From: Zhaonella formicivorans
GTDB taxonomy: Bacteria; Bacillota; DUOV01; Zhaonellaceae
Reading direction: 5' to 3'
Length of the DNA: 24,000 nt
NCBI RefSeq assembly: GCF_004353525.1
Contig: NZ_CP085524.1
Coordinates: 1,188,142-1,212,141, forward strand
Of this stretch, positions 6,669 to 14,265 are shown in pieces. The position numbers and the translations under genes are program-made. Under the pieces are notes generated by a model. The model searched no databases, was not told where the DNA came from, and saw nothing but the letters and a program-made list of their open reading frames with translations. Numbering within the stretch: position 1 is the stretch's first letter; every line of letters starts with the position of its first letter.

Positions 6669-6804
6669 TGACACCCCTTTTTCAAAAATAATTAATATGG
6701 AACTATATGTATTATGAGATTTTATGTGGTTAAATATGCACAAAAATATAGTTTCGCCAAGCTTTGTGAGTGAGAAAAACCTTAGTTCCACCCGTATTAT
6801 GCAA

Positions 6805-6840
6805 CAAAGCCAAACTTTAAATGCGTAAAGTCTGGCTTTG
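6805..6840 (-). terminator. Hairpin overlapping the recG stop (possible terminator)
   Basis: The minus strand reads CAAAGCCAGACTTTA-CGCAT-TAAAGTTTGGCTTTG, a 15-bp stem with one G-U pair, followed by TTGC. It lacks a real T-run. Confidence 0.35.
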
Positions 6841-9174
6841 ATTAACAAGTGTCGGATATTTTTTCAGCATTGTAAAGGCATCTTGCCGTGCTCGTTCCAA
6901 AATGGGGGCGTCTTTTATCAGGTCAGCTATTTTTAGCTCCGGCAGCCCGTGTTGTCTGGTACCAAAAAATTCACCGGGACCTCTTAAATTTAAATCTTCT
7001 TCAGCAATCACAAAGCCATCGCTGCAAGAAACTAAAATTTTCACCCTGGCTTTAGCTTCATCGCTTTTTAAATTGCCCATTAAAAAGCAGTAAGATTTAT
7101 GTTCACCCCTGCCAATTCTTCCGCGCAGCTGGTGTAATTGAGCCAGCCCAAATCTTTCCACCCCTTCAATCAGCATAATTGTAGCGTTGGGCACATTCAC
7201 CCCGACTTCGATTACCGTTGTTGCCACCAGGATTTTGATGCTGTTGTCCCGGAAGTCGTTCATTACGTCTTCTTTTTCCTGACTGGACATTCTTCCGTGC
7301 AACAAGCCGACTCTGTATTCCGGGAAAATTTTTTCCTGCAAATAAGCAGCTAACTTAGTGGCCGCTTCTGCTTCTATGGCTTCCGACTCATCCACCAAGG
7401 GGCAAACTATGTATGCTTGCCTTCCTCTCTCGATTTCTTCTTTGATAAAAAGATAGGCATCATTTCGTTTGCTTTCAGGTATATACCTGGTCAATACCGG
7501 CTTTCGGCCAGGGGGCAGTTCATCGATTACTGATAAGTCCAAATCTCCGTAAAGGGTTAAGGCTAATGTCCGGGGTATTGGGGTTGCCGTCATCACTAGA
7601 ACATCGGGATTCAAACCTTTTTCCTGGAGCACGGAGCGCTGCATCACTCCAAACCGGTGTTGCTCATCGGTAACAGCTAGACTGAGAGTTTTAAATCTTA
7701 CATTTTCTTGAAGTAAAGCATGAGTACCTACTACTATGTCCACCTGACCTGCTGCAATCCGAGTTAGTAATTCCTCTTTTGCCTTTTTGGGAAGACTGCC
7801 GGTCAGCAAAGCAACGCGCACATCTAAGGGCGTAAGCAACTGGCGCAAGTTGAGATAATGCTGCTCCGCCAAAATCTCCGTAGGGGCCATGAGCGCCCCT
7901 TGAAAACCGGAATCCACTGCCTTTAAAAGCGCCACCATCGCTACTACTGTCTTGCCGGACCCCACATCACCTTGCACTAACCTGGACATTGGTTGGCTGC
8001 TTTCCATATCCAGCAATATCTCATTAATTACTTTTTTTTGGGCCCCTGTCAACGGATAAGGTAACCGGCGACAAAACTCTTCAACCCTGGGGTTGGGACC
8101 CTGATGGGCTATCCCCGGTTTTTTTTGTTCCACAACTTTTTTATTGGCTATGAGTTTTAACTGTAAAAAAAACAGTTCCTCGTAAACCAACCTTCTCCTG
8201 GCCTCGTTTAAGGTTTTCCAGTCAGGTGGGAAATGAATGGCTCTTAAAGCCTCAGAACGGGAAAGAAATTTGTATTTTTCAAGTAGTTCCACGGGCAGTT
8301 GTTCAGGGAAAACTGCCAGATAGTCCTCCAGGGCCCGGTAAATAATTTGCCGAATTGTTTTTTGAGGCAAACGTTCAGTGGCAGGGTATACGGGAACAAT
8401 CCTTCCCGCATGGATTAAATCGGATCCATCTAAAACCTCAAAATCATGAACTGCCACTTCACTCTGAAAAAATTTCCTTTCAACCTTGCCAGTTACAAGA
8501 ACATTGACTCCTTTGGAAAGCTGCCTTTTTAAATAGGGCTGGTTAAACCAGACTGCCTGGGCTTGTCCGGTAGCATCGCCAATTGTTGCCTTGATAATAG
8601 TAAGCCGGCGGCGGGGCTTTAGTTCCTCAACATTTAACACGCTGCCGCAAAAAGTTTCAATTTCACCGGGCTGGAGTTCGGCTATTTTTTTTATTTTGCT
8701 GCGGTCTTCGTATCTCCGGGGGAAATGATAAATTAACTCACCGAGAGTCTTGATGCCTAGACGGGCTAAAATCTTTGCGCGATTAGGCCCAACCTGTTTA
8801 AGAGCATGAACCGCTGCCTGCGGCCCGATTTTACCTACCGGCAGCGGTGGTGTTTTAGCTTTTTTGTTTGTACAAACTAAGGCACCGGCCTCTCCGCCCA
8901 GTTGACTTAGAGAATCCAGTGCCGCTGAAATTTTATGTAACGTTTCCCTTCTTTCAGGCATGAGCAGTTTCGGGTATTCGGATATTAAAGCAGCTAAATA
9001 TTTTAAGATAACCAAAGCATCGGCTTTATCCAGGCTAAAATTTTCAAGTTCTGCCAAGCAGGAAAGAAAATGGGAGCTAAATCCGCCGAAGCAGGCTGCA
9101 TTTGTGTAGCCCAGGCGTTCTTCCCGTTGCAGGAGCTGTTTAAGGTTCTCGATTGCCTCCCGGATTTCTGCCAT
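6817..9174 (-). CDS. recG: ATP-dependent DNA helicase RecG (785 aa, with N-terminal extension)
   Basis: The protein carries Walker A GDVGSGKT, motif II TDEQHRFG, the helicase C-terminal motifs QLHQLRGRIGRG, and the wedge-region lead-in FPRRYEDRS. The position downstream of yloV is the conserved one. Confidence 0.92.
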   Translation of the reverse strand: MAEIREAIENLKQLLQREERLGYTNAACFGGFSSHFLSCLAELENFSLDKADALVILKYLAALISEYPKLLMPERRETLHKISAALDSLSQLGGEAGALVCTNKKAKTPPLPVGKIGPQAAVHALKQVGPNRAKILARLGIKTLGELIYHFPRRYEDRSKIKKIAELQPGEIETFCGSVLNVEELKPRRRLTIIKATIGDATGQAQAVWFNQPYLKRQLSKGVNVLVTGKVERKFFQSEVAVHDFEVLDGSDLIHAGRIVPVYPATERLPQKTIRQIIYRALEDYLAVFPEQLPVELLEKYKFLSRSEALRAIHFPPDWKTLNEARRRLVYEELFFLQLKLIANKKVVEQKKPGIAHQGPNPRVEEFCRRLPYPLTGAQKKVINEILLDMESSQPMSRLVQGDVGSGKTVVAMVALLKAVDSGFQGALMAPTEILAEQHYLNLRQLLTPLDVRVALLTGSLPKKAKEELLTRIAAGQVDIVVGTHALLQENVRFKTLSLAVTDEQHRFGVMQRSVLQEKGLNPDVLVMTATPIPRTLALTLYGDLDLSVIDELPPGRKPVLTRYIPESKRNDAYLFIKEEIERGRQAYIVCPLVDESEAIEAEAATKLAAYLQEKIFPEYRVGLLHGRMSSQEKEDVMNDFRDNSIKILVATTVIEVGVNVPNATIMLIEGVERFGLAQLHQLRGRIGRGEHKSYCFLMGNLKSDEAKARVKILVSCSDGFVIAEEDLNLRGPGEFFGTRQHGLPELKIADLIKDAPILERARQDAFTMLKKYPTLVNQSQTLRI

Positions 9175-9184
9175 GGAGCAACAC

Positions 9185-10840
9185 CTACTCTAAAGCAATA
9201 ATATAATAATATAATGGCTGTCCGCCTGAATGAATTTCTATTTCCAACTCGGGATAATCCTTGGCGAGTTCTGCTCGCAAAAATTCAGCTTCTTTTGGTT
9301 CAACTTCGCTGCCGTAAAATAGGCTTAAGAGTTCTCCCCCTTCTTTTGCCATCTCACTGATCAATTCCCTGGCTACCTCGATGAGGCTATCGCCTTTCGC
9401 CACCAAGTTGCCTTCCGACATTCCCAAGAATTCCCCTGCACGGATTTCCCAGCCGTTGTATTGGGAATCCCTTACCGCGTATGTAAGTTCGCCGGAGCGC
9501 ACATTTTGCAGCGCAGCATTCATTTTAGCCTGGTTATCTTCTTTAGTTCCTTCCGGGTCAAAAGCAAGTAACGCAGCCATTCCCTGGGGAAAGGTTTTGC
9601 TGGGAATGACAACAACCTCTATGTCTTCCAGCAATTCGGCGGCTTGTTCCGCAGCAAGTATAATGTTCTTATTATTGGGCAAAACATACACCTGCTTGGC
9701 GTTGACCTCTTTGATTCCCGCCACCAGGTCTTCCGTGCTGGGGTTCATAGTTTGTCCCCCAGAGACAACTACATCAGCGCCTAAGCTTTTTAAAATATCG
9801 ATTAAACCCTGTCCGACACTCACTGCGACGATACCGGCAGCTTTAGATGGTTTAATCTCCTCAGCATTTAATGGTATCTCGTCCCCATGCAGCAGCTTTT
9901 CCTGATGCTGTTCCTCCATATTGTCAATCTTGATATCATGTAAAGTACCCAAGCTTACCGCATATTCCAAGACTTTGCCGGGGTTGTTGGTATGAATGTG
10001 GATTTTGGTAATATTATCGTTTCCAACAACCAGCAGACTGTCACCCCAGCCCTCCAATGCCCGGCGAATTAACTCCTGGGATAAACCGTTCCCTTTAATA
10101 ATAAGTTCAGTGCAATAGCGGAATGCCAATTCCTTGACTTCGGCCTCGAAAACAGCTTTTTTTTCAATTTTTCCTGGCAGAGTAATCAAAGTATCGCCCG
10201 CTAAATCCGGGGAAGCTAGATTTTCATCCAGCAGACCGTTTAAAGCTCCCTCAATGATCAAGCATAAACCTTTCCCGCCTGCATCAACTACACCTGCCTG
10301 GGCCAAGGCGGGAAGCATTTGCGGTGTTCTCTCCAAAGCTGCTTGTGCAAACCTGAGGGCTTCAGAGATTACCTTGGCACAATCGCCACCGGCAGAGGCT
10401 GCTTCTTTTGCTCCTTTCGCAGCGGCTTTAGCCACAGTCAGAATTGTCCCTTCCACCGGCTTGATCACTGCTTTGTAGGCTACCTCAACTGCACTTTGAG
10501 CAGCGGCAGCCAATGCTTTGGAATCTACCTGTTCAGTTCCTTCCAATACCTGACTGAATCCCCGGAAAAGTTGGGACAAAATTACGCCCGAATTGCCCCT
10601 TGCTCCCATCAGCGCCCCGGTAGCCATAGCCTGCGACAAAGATTTGATGTTTAGATTCTGAATTCTTTCAACTTCCCGTACAGCTGCCAAAAGAGTCAAA
10701 CTCATATTAGTCCCCGTGTCGCCATCGGGCACGGGGAAAACATTTAAGGCATCAACTATATCTTTATTGGCTGCCAGGTTTTGTGACCCGGCCAAAAACA
10801 TTTTCTGCAGCCGGAGGGCGTCCAGATACTTATATTGCAA
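9185..10840 (-). CDS. yloV: DAK2-domain fusion protein YloV (FakA-like)
   Basis: The protein has the NVFPVPDGDTGTNM Dak2 phosphatase-domain motif near the N-terminus and a long C-terminal YloV-type domain. The start is set at TTG 10840, with GAGGAGG 9 nt upstream overlapping the asp23 stop. An alternative TTG exists at 10858. Confidence 0.88.
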   Translation of the reverse strand: MQYKYLDALRLQKMFLAGSQNLAANKDIVDALNVFPVPDGDTGTNMSLTLLAAVREVERIQNLNIKSLSQAMATGALMGARGNSGVILSQLFRGFSQVLEGTEQVDSKALAAAAQSAVEVAYKAVIKPVEGTILTVAKAAAKGAKEAASAGGDCAKVISEALRFAQAALERTPQMLPALAQAGVVDAGGKGLCLIIEGALNGLLDENLASPDLAGDTLITLPGKIEKKAVFEAEVKELAFRYCTELIIKGNGLSQELIRRALEGWGDSLLVVGNDNITKIHIHTNNPGKVLEYAVSLGTLHDIKIDNMEEQHQEKLLHGDEIPLNAEEIKPSKAAGIVAVSVGQGLIDILKSLGADVVVSGGQTMNPSTEDLVAGIKEVNAKQVYVLPNNKNIILAAEQAAELLEDIEVVVIPSKTFPQGMAALLAFDPEGTKEDNQAKMNAALQNVRSGELTYAVRDSQYNGWEIRAGEFLGMSEGNLVAKGDSLIEVARELISEMAKEGGELLSLFYGSEVEPKEAEFLRAELAKDYPELEIEIHSGGQPLYYYIIALE

Positions 10841-10854
10841 TCCCAGAAACCTCC

Positions 10855-11211
10855 TCAATCTATAACTTTGACCCCTTGTACAATTATATTTACCTTTTCA
10901 ATGGGTATACCCGTTAGCCTTTGTACGGTATAATGCACTTTTTCCATAACGTTATGGGCTACCTCATTGATTTTAGTGCCGTACCCCACCACAATATAGA
11001 CATCAATGCTTACCCGGTTATCTACTATGTTAACCTGGATACCTTTTCCCGTCGCTTCTCTGCCTAGAAGTTCAAATAACCCGTCTTGTAATTTCTGGGA
11101 AGCCATGCCCACCAGCCCATAGCACTCTGCAGCAGCGTACCCTGCAAGAGTTGCTATTACTTCCTTGGAAATCGAAACTTTACCATACTGGGTTTCTAAA
11201 GTGTTAGCCAA
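10855..11211 (-). CDS. asp23: Asp23/Gls24-family alkaline shock protein (YloU-like)
   Basis: This is a 118-aa ORF. It contains SKEVIATLAGYAAAECYGLVGM and VSIDVYIVVGYG, which are typical of the Asp23 family. The start is TTG, with GGAGG 9 nt upstream. It forms the conserved pair with yloV. Confidence 0.88.
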   Translation of the reverse strand: MANTLETQYGKVSISKEVIATLAGYAAAECYGLVGMASQKLQDGLFELLGREATGKGIQVNIVDNRVSIDVYIVVGYGTKINEVAHNVMEKVHYTVQRLTGIPIEKVNIIVQGVKVID

Positions 11212-11354
11212 ACCATTATGCCTCCTCTCTACGGGTTAATGATCGGATAAAGACAACAAAACAAACTTTGCAGCAACTTTAAACAGGAGGAAAAACTGTT
11301 GCTTTTCTAGTGTACCCTTATACAAGTCGGAAAGTCGATCTACTGCCTGATTTG

Positions 11355-11381
11355 CCAAAAAAGCAGGGACTCATCCCTGCA
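11355..11381 (-). terminator. Rho-independent terminator after the DUF1858 gene
   Basis: The minus strand reads GCAGGGA-TGAG-TCCCTGC followed by TTTTTT, 9 nt after the stop. Confidence 0.7.
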
Positions 11382-11389
11382 TGGTAAAA

Positions 11390-11587
11390 TCAGTTCTTTT
11401 GCACTAATTTGTTTAAATCGGCCAGTAATGCCTCTACATTGATGCCATGCATACGGGCGCCGTTTTCAATCGTTTCGTCAGCAGCACCCATGCAGCGGAG
11501 GCACGCCATACCATGCTTTTCCAAAATTTCCCTGGACTGGGGATAGGCCTGTAGCAGTTCAAGGAGCGACATTTCCTTGCTAATCAT
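11390..11587 (-). CDS. DUF1858 / hybrid-cluster-protein-associated redox disulfide domain protein (65 aa)
   Basis: The sequence is LLELLQAYPQSREILEKHGMACLRCMGAADETIENGARMHGINVEALLADLN. It has the characteristic G-M-x-C-x-x-C...E-T-I/L-E...HGI pattern. GGGGGG lies 6 nt before the ATG. Confidence 0.75.
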   Translation of the reverse strand: MISKEMSLLELLQAYPQSREILEKHGMACLRCMGAADETIENGARMHGINVEALLADLNKLVQKN

Positions 11588-11627
11588 CGCTAACCCCCCG
11601 TTATTAAATTTTGCAGCTTAGATAAAA

Positions 11628-11656
11628 AGTATATGCCTATTTTCGCTTAAATTCAA
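11628..11656 (-). promoter_or_regulatory. Candidate sigma-A promoter for the DUF1858 gene
   Basis: The minus strand reads TTGAAT-17 nt-TATACT, about 40 nt upstream of the ATG. Confidence 0.45.
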
Positions 11657-11713
11657 CATAAACTGTTTTAATCCCTGCTATGCCGGAAACTTTTTTCCCT
11701 TTTTTAAAATTTC

Positions 11714-11742
11714 TTGCTAAAGATTTTGCTTTTTGCTAAAAT
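11714..11742 (+). promoter_or_regulatory. Candidate sigma-A promoter for rpmB
   Basis: The sequence is TTGCTA-17 nt-TAAAAT with a TGc extended -10, 58 nt upstream of the rpmB ATG. Confidence 0.5.
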
Positions 11743-11800
11743 TAGTAAAGGTTTTGATTTAGGATTAATAGCCTTTGGCTTTTTATAAGGAGGTGGAAAA

Positions 11801-11989
11801 ATGGCTAAGTGCAATATTTGTGGCAAAGGAGTAGTTACGGGAAACCAGGCCAGCCACTCCAACATTAAAACAAAAAGGACATGGTCTCCCAACCTGCAAA
11901 AGGTAAAAGCCATAGTTGACGGTAGCCCGAAAAGAATTGTTGTTTGTACCCGTTGCTTGCGTTCCGGCAAAGTAGAGCGCGCAATTTAA
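11801..11989 (+). CDS. rpmB: 50S ribosomal protein L28
   Basis: The translation begins MAKCNICGKGVVTGNQASHSNIKTKRTWSPNLQKV, the canonical L28 sequence. AAGGAGGTG lies 7 nt upstream. Confidence 0.95.
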   Translation: MAKCNICGKGVVTGNQASHSNIKTKRTWSPNLQKVKAIVDGSPKRIVVCTRCLRSGKVERAI

Positions 11990-12155
11990 CAAGTTTCTGA
12001 CAAACCGGGAACACTTGGCGATTTGCTTGCAGGCCAGCCAAAGGCTTGCGCAACTTAAAGCTATATTGCTTGTAGGTTACCCATTCAAGGAACGCTCTAA
12101 CCAAGTAGTAAAAAGCGTAAATCTTTAACGTAATATAGCATATTCAGCAACAACA

Positions 12156-12200
12156 TAAAAAGACTTGGGAGTTAAATACATCGCCCAAGTCTTTTAGTTT
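12156..12200. terminator. Bidirectional terminator between rpmB and the YfcE-like gene
   Basis: The sequence is AAAAAGACTTGGG-14 nt loop-CCCAAGTCTTTT. The 9-bp stem is flanked by A-runs and T-runs on both sides. Confidence 0.65.
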
Positions 12201-12206
12201 ATACTA

Positions 12207-12758
12207 TTACAAAGGATGTTCGTCCAAAACCCTGCCGGTATCGCTACAGATAAGCAGCAGCCTGTCGTTGTCCCAGAGACCCACGCTGGGTACACCTGCG
12301 CCTTTGGGCAATGAGCAACTGCCGGGATTGAAATAAACAGTGCCATTCTTTTTTTCAATCGCGGCAACATGAGTATGACCGGAAATACATAGGTCAATGT
12401 CCCAACGCCGGGTAAGCTCTTCCATTTCATCATTTTGCAGGGAATGACCATGATGTACCAATACTCTCTTACCATTCAACACCGTAAAAAGATAAGGGGC
12501 TGCGAGGGGTATGTTTAACAACATCTGATCCACTTCGGCATCGCAATTTCCCCTGGCAATCAGCACTGGCACGGGACACTCATTCAGCGCTATCGCCAGC
12601 TCCTGGGGAGCATACCCTTCCAAGACCGGATTACGGGGACCGTGATAGAGCACATCGCCTGCATGTAGAATAACTTCCACATCACGGAAAATTTGACCCA
12701 ATACCCGTTTCCAAGGCAATACGACACCATGGGTATCGCTGATTATACCGACTTTCAT
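12207..12758 (-). CDS. YfcE/MJ0936-family metallophosphoesterase
   Basis: The metallophosphoesterase motifs are present in order: ISDTHG, HAGDVLYHG, RGNCD, VHHGH, SGHTH. AGGAG lies 9 nt before the ATG. Confidence 0.85.
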   Translation of the reverse strand: MKVGIISDTHGVVLPWKRVLGQIFRDVEVILHAGDVLYHGPRNPVLEGYAPQELAIALNECPVPVLIARGNCDAEVDQMLLNIPLAAPYLFTVLNGKRVLVHHGHSLQNDEMEELTRRWDIDLCISGHTHVAAIEKKNGTVYFNPGSCSLPKGAGVPSVGLWDNDRLLLICSDTGRVLDEHPL

Positions 12759-12761
12759 AGT

Positions 12762-13337
12762 TTACAACTCCTGTTCCTTTTCCTTATGTTTGGCTAAACG
12801 GGCTACCGGTACTTCCAACCAATAGTGTACCCTTTTGTAAATTACAAATGTAGCTAACGAACTAAAAAGCGCTTTAACCAGGTTAAAAGGTATAATAGCC
12901 GAAGTTATTAACGGCAGCACTTCATTGGACGGTACGCCCCACAGCGGCAGGAGCACAAAGTAGTTAGCCACTGTCATAACCAAAGTCATCGCCAGCGAAC
13001 CGGCCAGCAGTGAAACAACGGCTCCCGTTTTAGTTTTCATTCGTTCGTAGATGGAACCAGCCACCAGCACAAAACTTCCTCCGGCTATGAAAGCGGCCCC
13101 CACCCCAATAATACCTGCAGTCGATTTACCGGAAACAAAAAACAAAAATGTCTTCAAAAATTCCACCAACACACCGGTCCAGGGACCCCAGGCAAAAGCC
13201 GCAATTAATCCTGGAACTTCACTGGGATCGTATTTTAAATACGGCGGAAAAAACGGCAAAGGAAATTCAATGCTAAACATTAGCAGAAAGCCGATAAGAG
13301 CAAGCAATGACACGCGTACTAGCTTTTTTGTTGACAC
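12762..13337 (-). CDS. ribU: ECF-type riboflavin transporter S component RibU/FmnP (191 aa)
   Basis: The sequence STKKLVRVSLLALIGFLLMFSIEFPLPFFPPYLKYDPSEVPGLIAAFAWGPWTG parallels B. subtilis RibU (YpaA). An FMN riboswitch lies directly upstream. The start is placed at GTG 13337, with GAGGTG 6 nt upstream. The track start at 13445 lies inside the riboswitch. Confidence 0.85.
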   Translation of the reverse strand: MSTKKLVRVSLLALIGFLLMFSIEFPLPFFPPYLKYDPSEVPGLIAAFAWGPWTGVLVEFLKTFLFFVSGKSTAGIIGVGAAFIAGGSFVLVAGSIYERMKTKTGAVVSLLAGSLAMTLVMTVANYFVLLPLWGVPSNEVLPLITSAIIPFNLVKALFSSLATFVIYKRVHYWLEVPVARLAKHKEKEQEL

Positions 13338-13367
13338 AGCTTTCACCTCTGATATATTAGGATAAAG

Positions 13368-13401
13368 AAAAATTAAAAAACCCGCCGGTAATCCAACGGG
13401 T
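13368..13401 (-). terminator. Riboswitch expression-platform terminator
   Basis: The minus strand reads ACCCGTTGG-ATTA-CCGGCGGGT followed by TTTTTTAATTTTT. It lies between the FMN aptamer and the ribU RBS. Confidence 0.75.
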
Positions 13402-13430
13402 AGTTCAATACAAGCAAACTGCATCTTCTC

Positions 13431-13549
13431 ATCACCTTCTCCCATCCAGACTTTAACTGTCGGCTCCGGAATTACACCGGATCAACCATTTGGCTCGCGG
13501 GCTTTAACCGCCGGTAAGGAATTACACCTCTCCCCGAAGGATCACCTAT
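13431..13549 (-). promoter_or_regulatory. FMN riboswitch (RFN element) aptamer
   Basis: The minus strand reads GATCCTTCGGGGAGAGGTGTAATTCCTTACCGGCGGTTAAAGCCCGCGAGCC...GATCCGGTGTAATTCCGGAGCCGACAGTTAAAGTCTGGATGGGAGAAGGTGAT. This matches the conserved RFN core blocks: CGGGG.AGGGT.AAATTCC..ACCGGCGGT, GCCCGCGAGC, and GCCGACAGT.AAAGTCTGGATGGGAGAAGG. Confidence 0.9.
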
Positions 13550-13562
13550 TAAATTCAAGCAT

Positions 13563-13592
13563 ATTTTAGCACTGGGACTTTTCCTAAGTCAA
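13563..13592 (-). promoter_or_regulatory. Candidate sigma-A promoter driving the FMN riboswitch-ribU unit
   Basis: The minus strand reads TTGACT-18 nt-TAAAAT with a TGc extended -10. It lies just downstream of the rpe stop and about 15 nt upstream of the aptamer. Confidence 0.5.
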
Positions 13593-13603
13593 GTAGCAAA
13601 TTG

Positions 13604-14263
13604 CTAAATGCCAGCTATGCTGTCCCGCAGTGTCTTAGCGGCCAGAGACACATCCGGCTGACCGAAAATAGCAGAACCCGCCACCAGAATATTAGCTCCA
13701 GCCTGGACAGCCAGAGGTGCGGTTTCCGCATTAATTCCTCCGTCAACCTCGATATCTACGGATAAACCTTTGCTGTCAATGATTTTACGCAATTCCGCAA
13801 TTTTGGGCAGCACGGCTTTAATAAACTGCTGACCGCCGAAACCGGGGTTAACTGTCATCAGCAACACCATTTCCACTTCAGATAAAACGTATTCGATTGT
13901 GGAAAGAGGCGTTGCCGGATTTAAAGCCACAGCTGCTTTCACGCCCTGCTCCCGAATATTTTGTAAGGTCCGGTGCAAATGCAGGCATGTTTCCACATGC
14001 ACGGAGATAAAATCCGCTCCTGCTCTGGCGAAAGCGGGGATATAGCGATCGGGTTCGGCGATCATCAAATGCACATCAAAAAGCAGCTTGCTTTTCGAGC
14101 GCAAGACTTTGACCAAGTCCGGACCGAAAGTAATGTTAGGCACAAAATGACCATCCATAATATCAAGATGCAACAGTTCCACCCCTGCCTGCTCGGCCTT
14201 AGAAACCTCTGTGCCTAAAGAGCTAAAGTCGGCAGCCAAAAGCGACGGTGCAAGCCGAATCAC
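13604..14263 (-). CDS. rpe: Ribulose-phosphate 3-epimerase
   Basis: The conserved motifs are HLDIMDGHFVPNITFG, MTVNPGFGGQ and VDGGIN. The GTG start lies 2 nt after the rsgA stop, with a GAGGAG RBS. Confidence 0.93.
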   Translation of the reverse strand: MIRLAPSLLAADFSSLGTEVSKAEQAGVELLHLDIMDGHFVPNITFGPDLVKVLRSKSKLLFDVHLMIAEPDRYIPAFARAGADFISVHVETCLHLHRTLQNIREQGVKAAVALNPATPLSTIEYVLSEVEMVLLMTVNPGFGGQQFIKAVLPKIAELRKIIDSKGLSVDIEVDGGINAETAPLAVQAGANILVAGSAIFGQPDVSLAAKTLRDSIAGI

Positions 14264-14265
14264 GG

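Noticed and set aside
6669-6848. 60-codon N-terminal extension of the Q/GY-rich ORF (track start 6848)
   Set aside because: It would overlap the recG 3' end and its hairpin. Its translation (MLIKARLYAFKVWLCCIIRV...) is AT-rich junk-like. The internal ATG at 6668 has a good RBS.
9381-9905. 174-aa plus-strand ORF inside yloV. Similar antisense ORFs occur at 10134-10654, 4601-5242, 13051-13365, 18785-19222 (alternate frame), 21835-22065 and 22784-23224.
   Set aside because: All are embedded in strongly supported genes and lack RBSs. Their translations are compositionally biased (Ser/Pro/Ala-rich), as is typical of shadow frames.
11236-11325. 29-codon TTG-initiated amphipathic ORF (LYKGTLEKQQFFLLFKVAAKFVLLSLSDH) in the asp23 upstream region
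   Set aside because: It has no Shine-Dalgarno sequence and a weak start codon. It most likely lies in the asp23-yloV-recG promoter and leader region.
11704-12104. Minus-strand ORFs (88, 69 and 79 aa) overlapping rpmB
   Set aside because: They are antisense to an unmistakable L28 gene and its promoter. They have no RBS and no recognisable product.
11990-12160. Search for spoVM (and thiN) in the ~170-nt non-coding stretch between rpmB and the terminator, where Bacillus synteny would place spoVM
   Set aside because: One minus-strand frame reads ..YSFKLRKPLAGL.., faintly like SpoVM (YTIKLPKFLGG). It has no start codon, RBS or nearby stop. A 19-codon ORF (MLLLNMLYYVKDLRFLLLG) lacks an RBS. Neither is convincing as a gene. 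At most this is a degenerate relic or a long rpmB 3' UTR.
13338-13445. 36-codon N-terminal extension of the ribU ORF
   Set aside because: This stretch is the 3' part of the FMN aptamer plus the terminator hairpin and T-run. A GTG with an RBS follows it, and from there the sequence aligns with the RibU N-terminus.
13594-13606. 13-bp palindrome TAGCAAATTGCTA overlapping the rpe stop codon
   Set aside because: It is too short and has a 1-nt centre, so it cannot form a hairpin. There is no second copy in the window, so nothing supports an operator.
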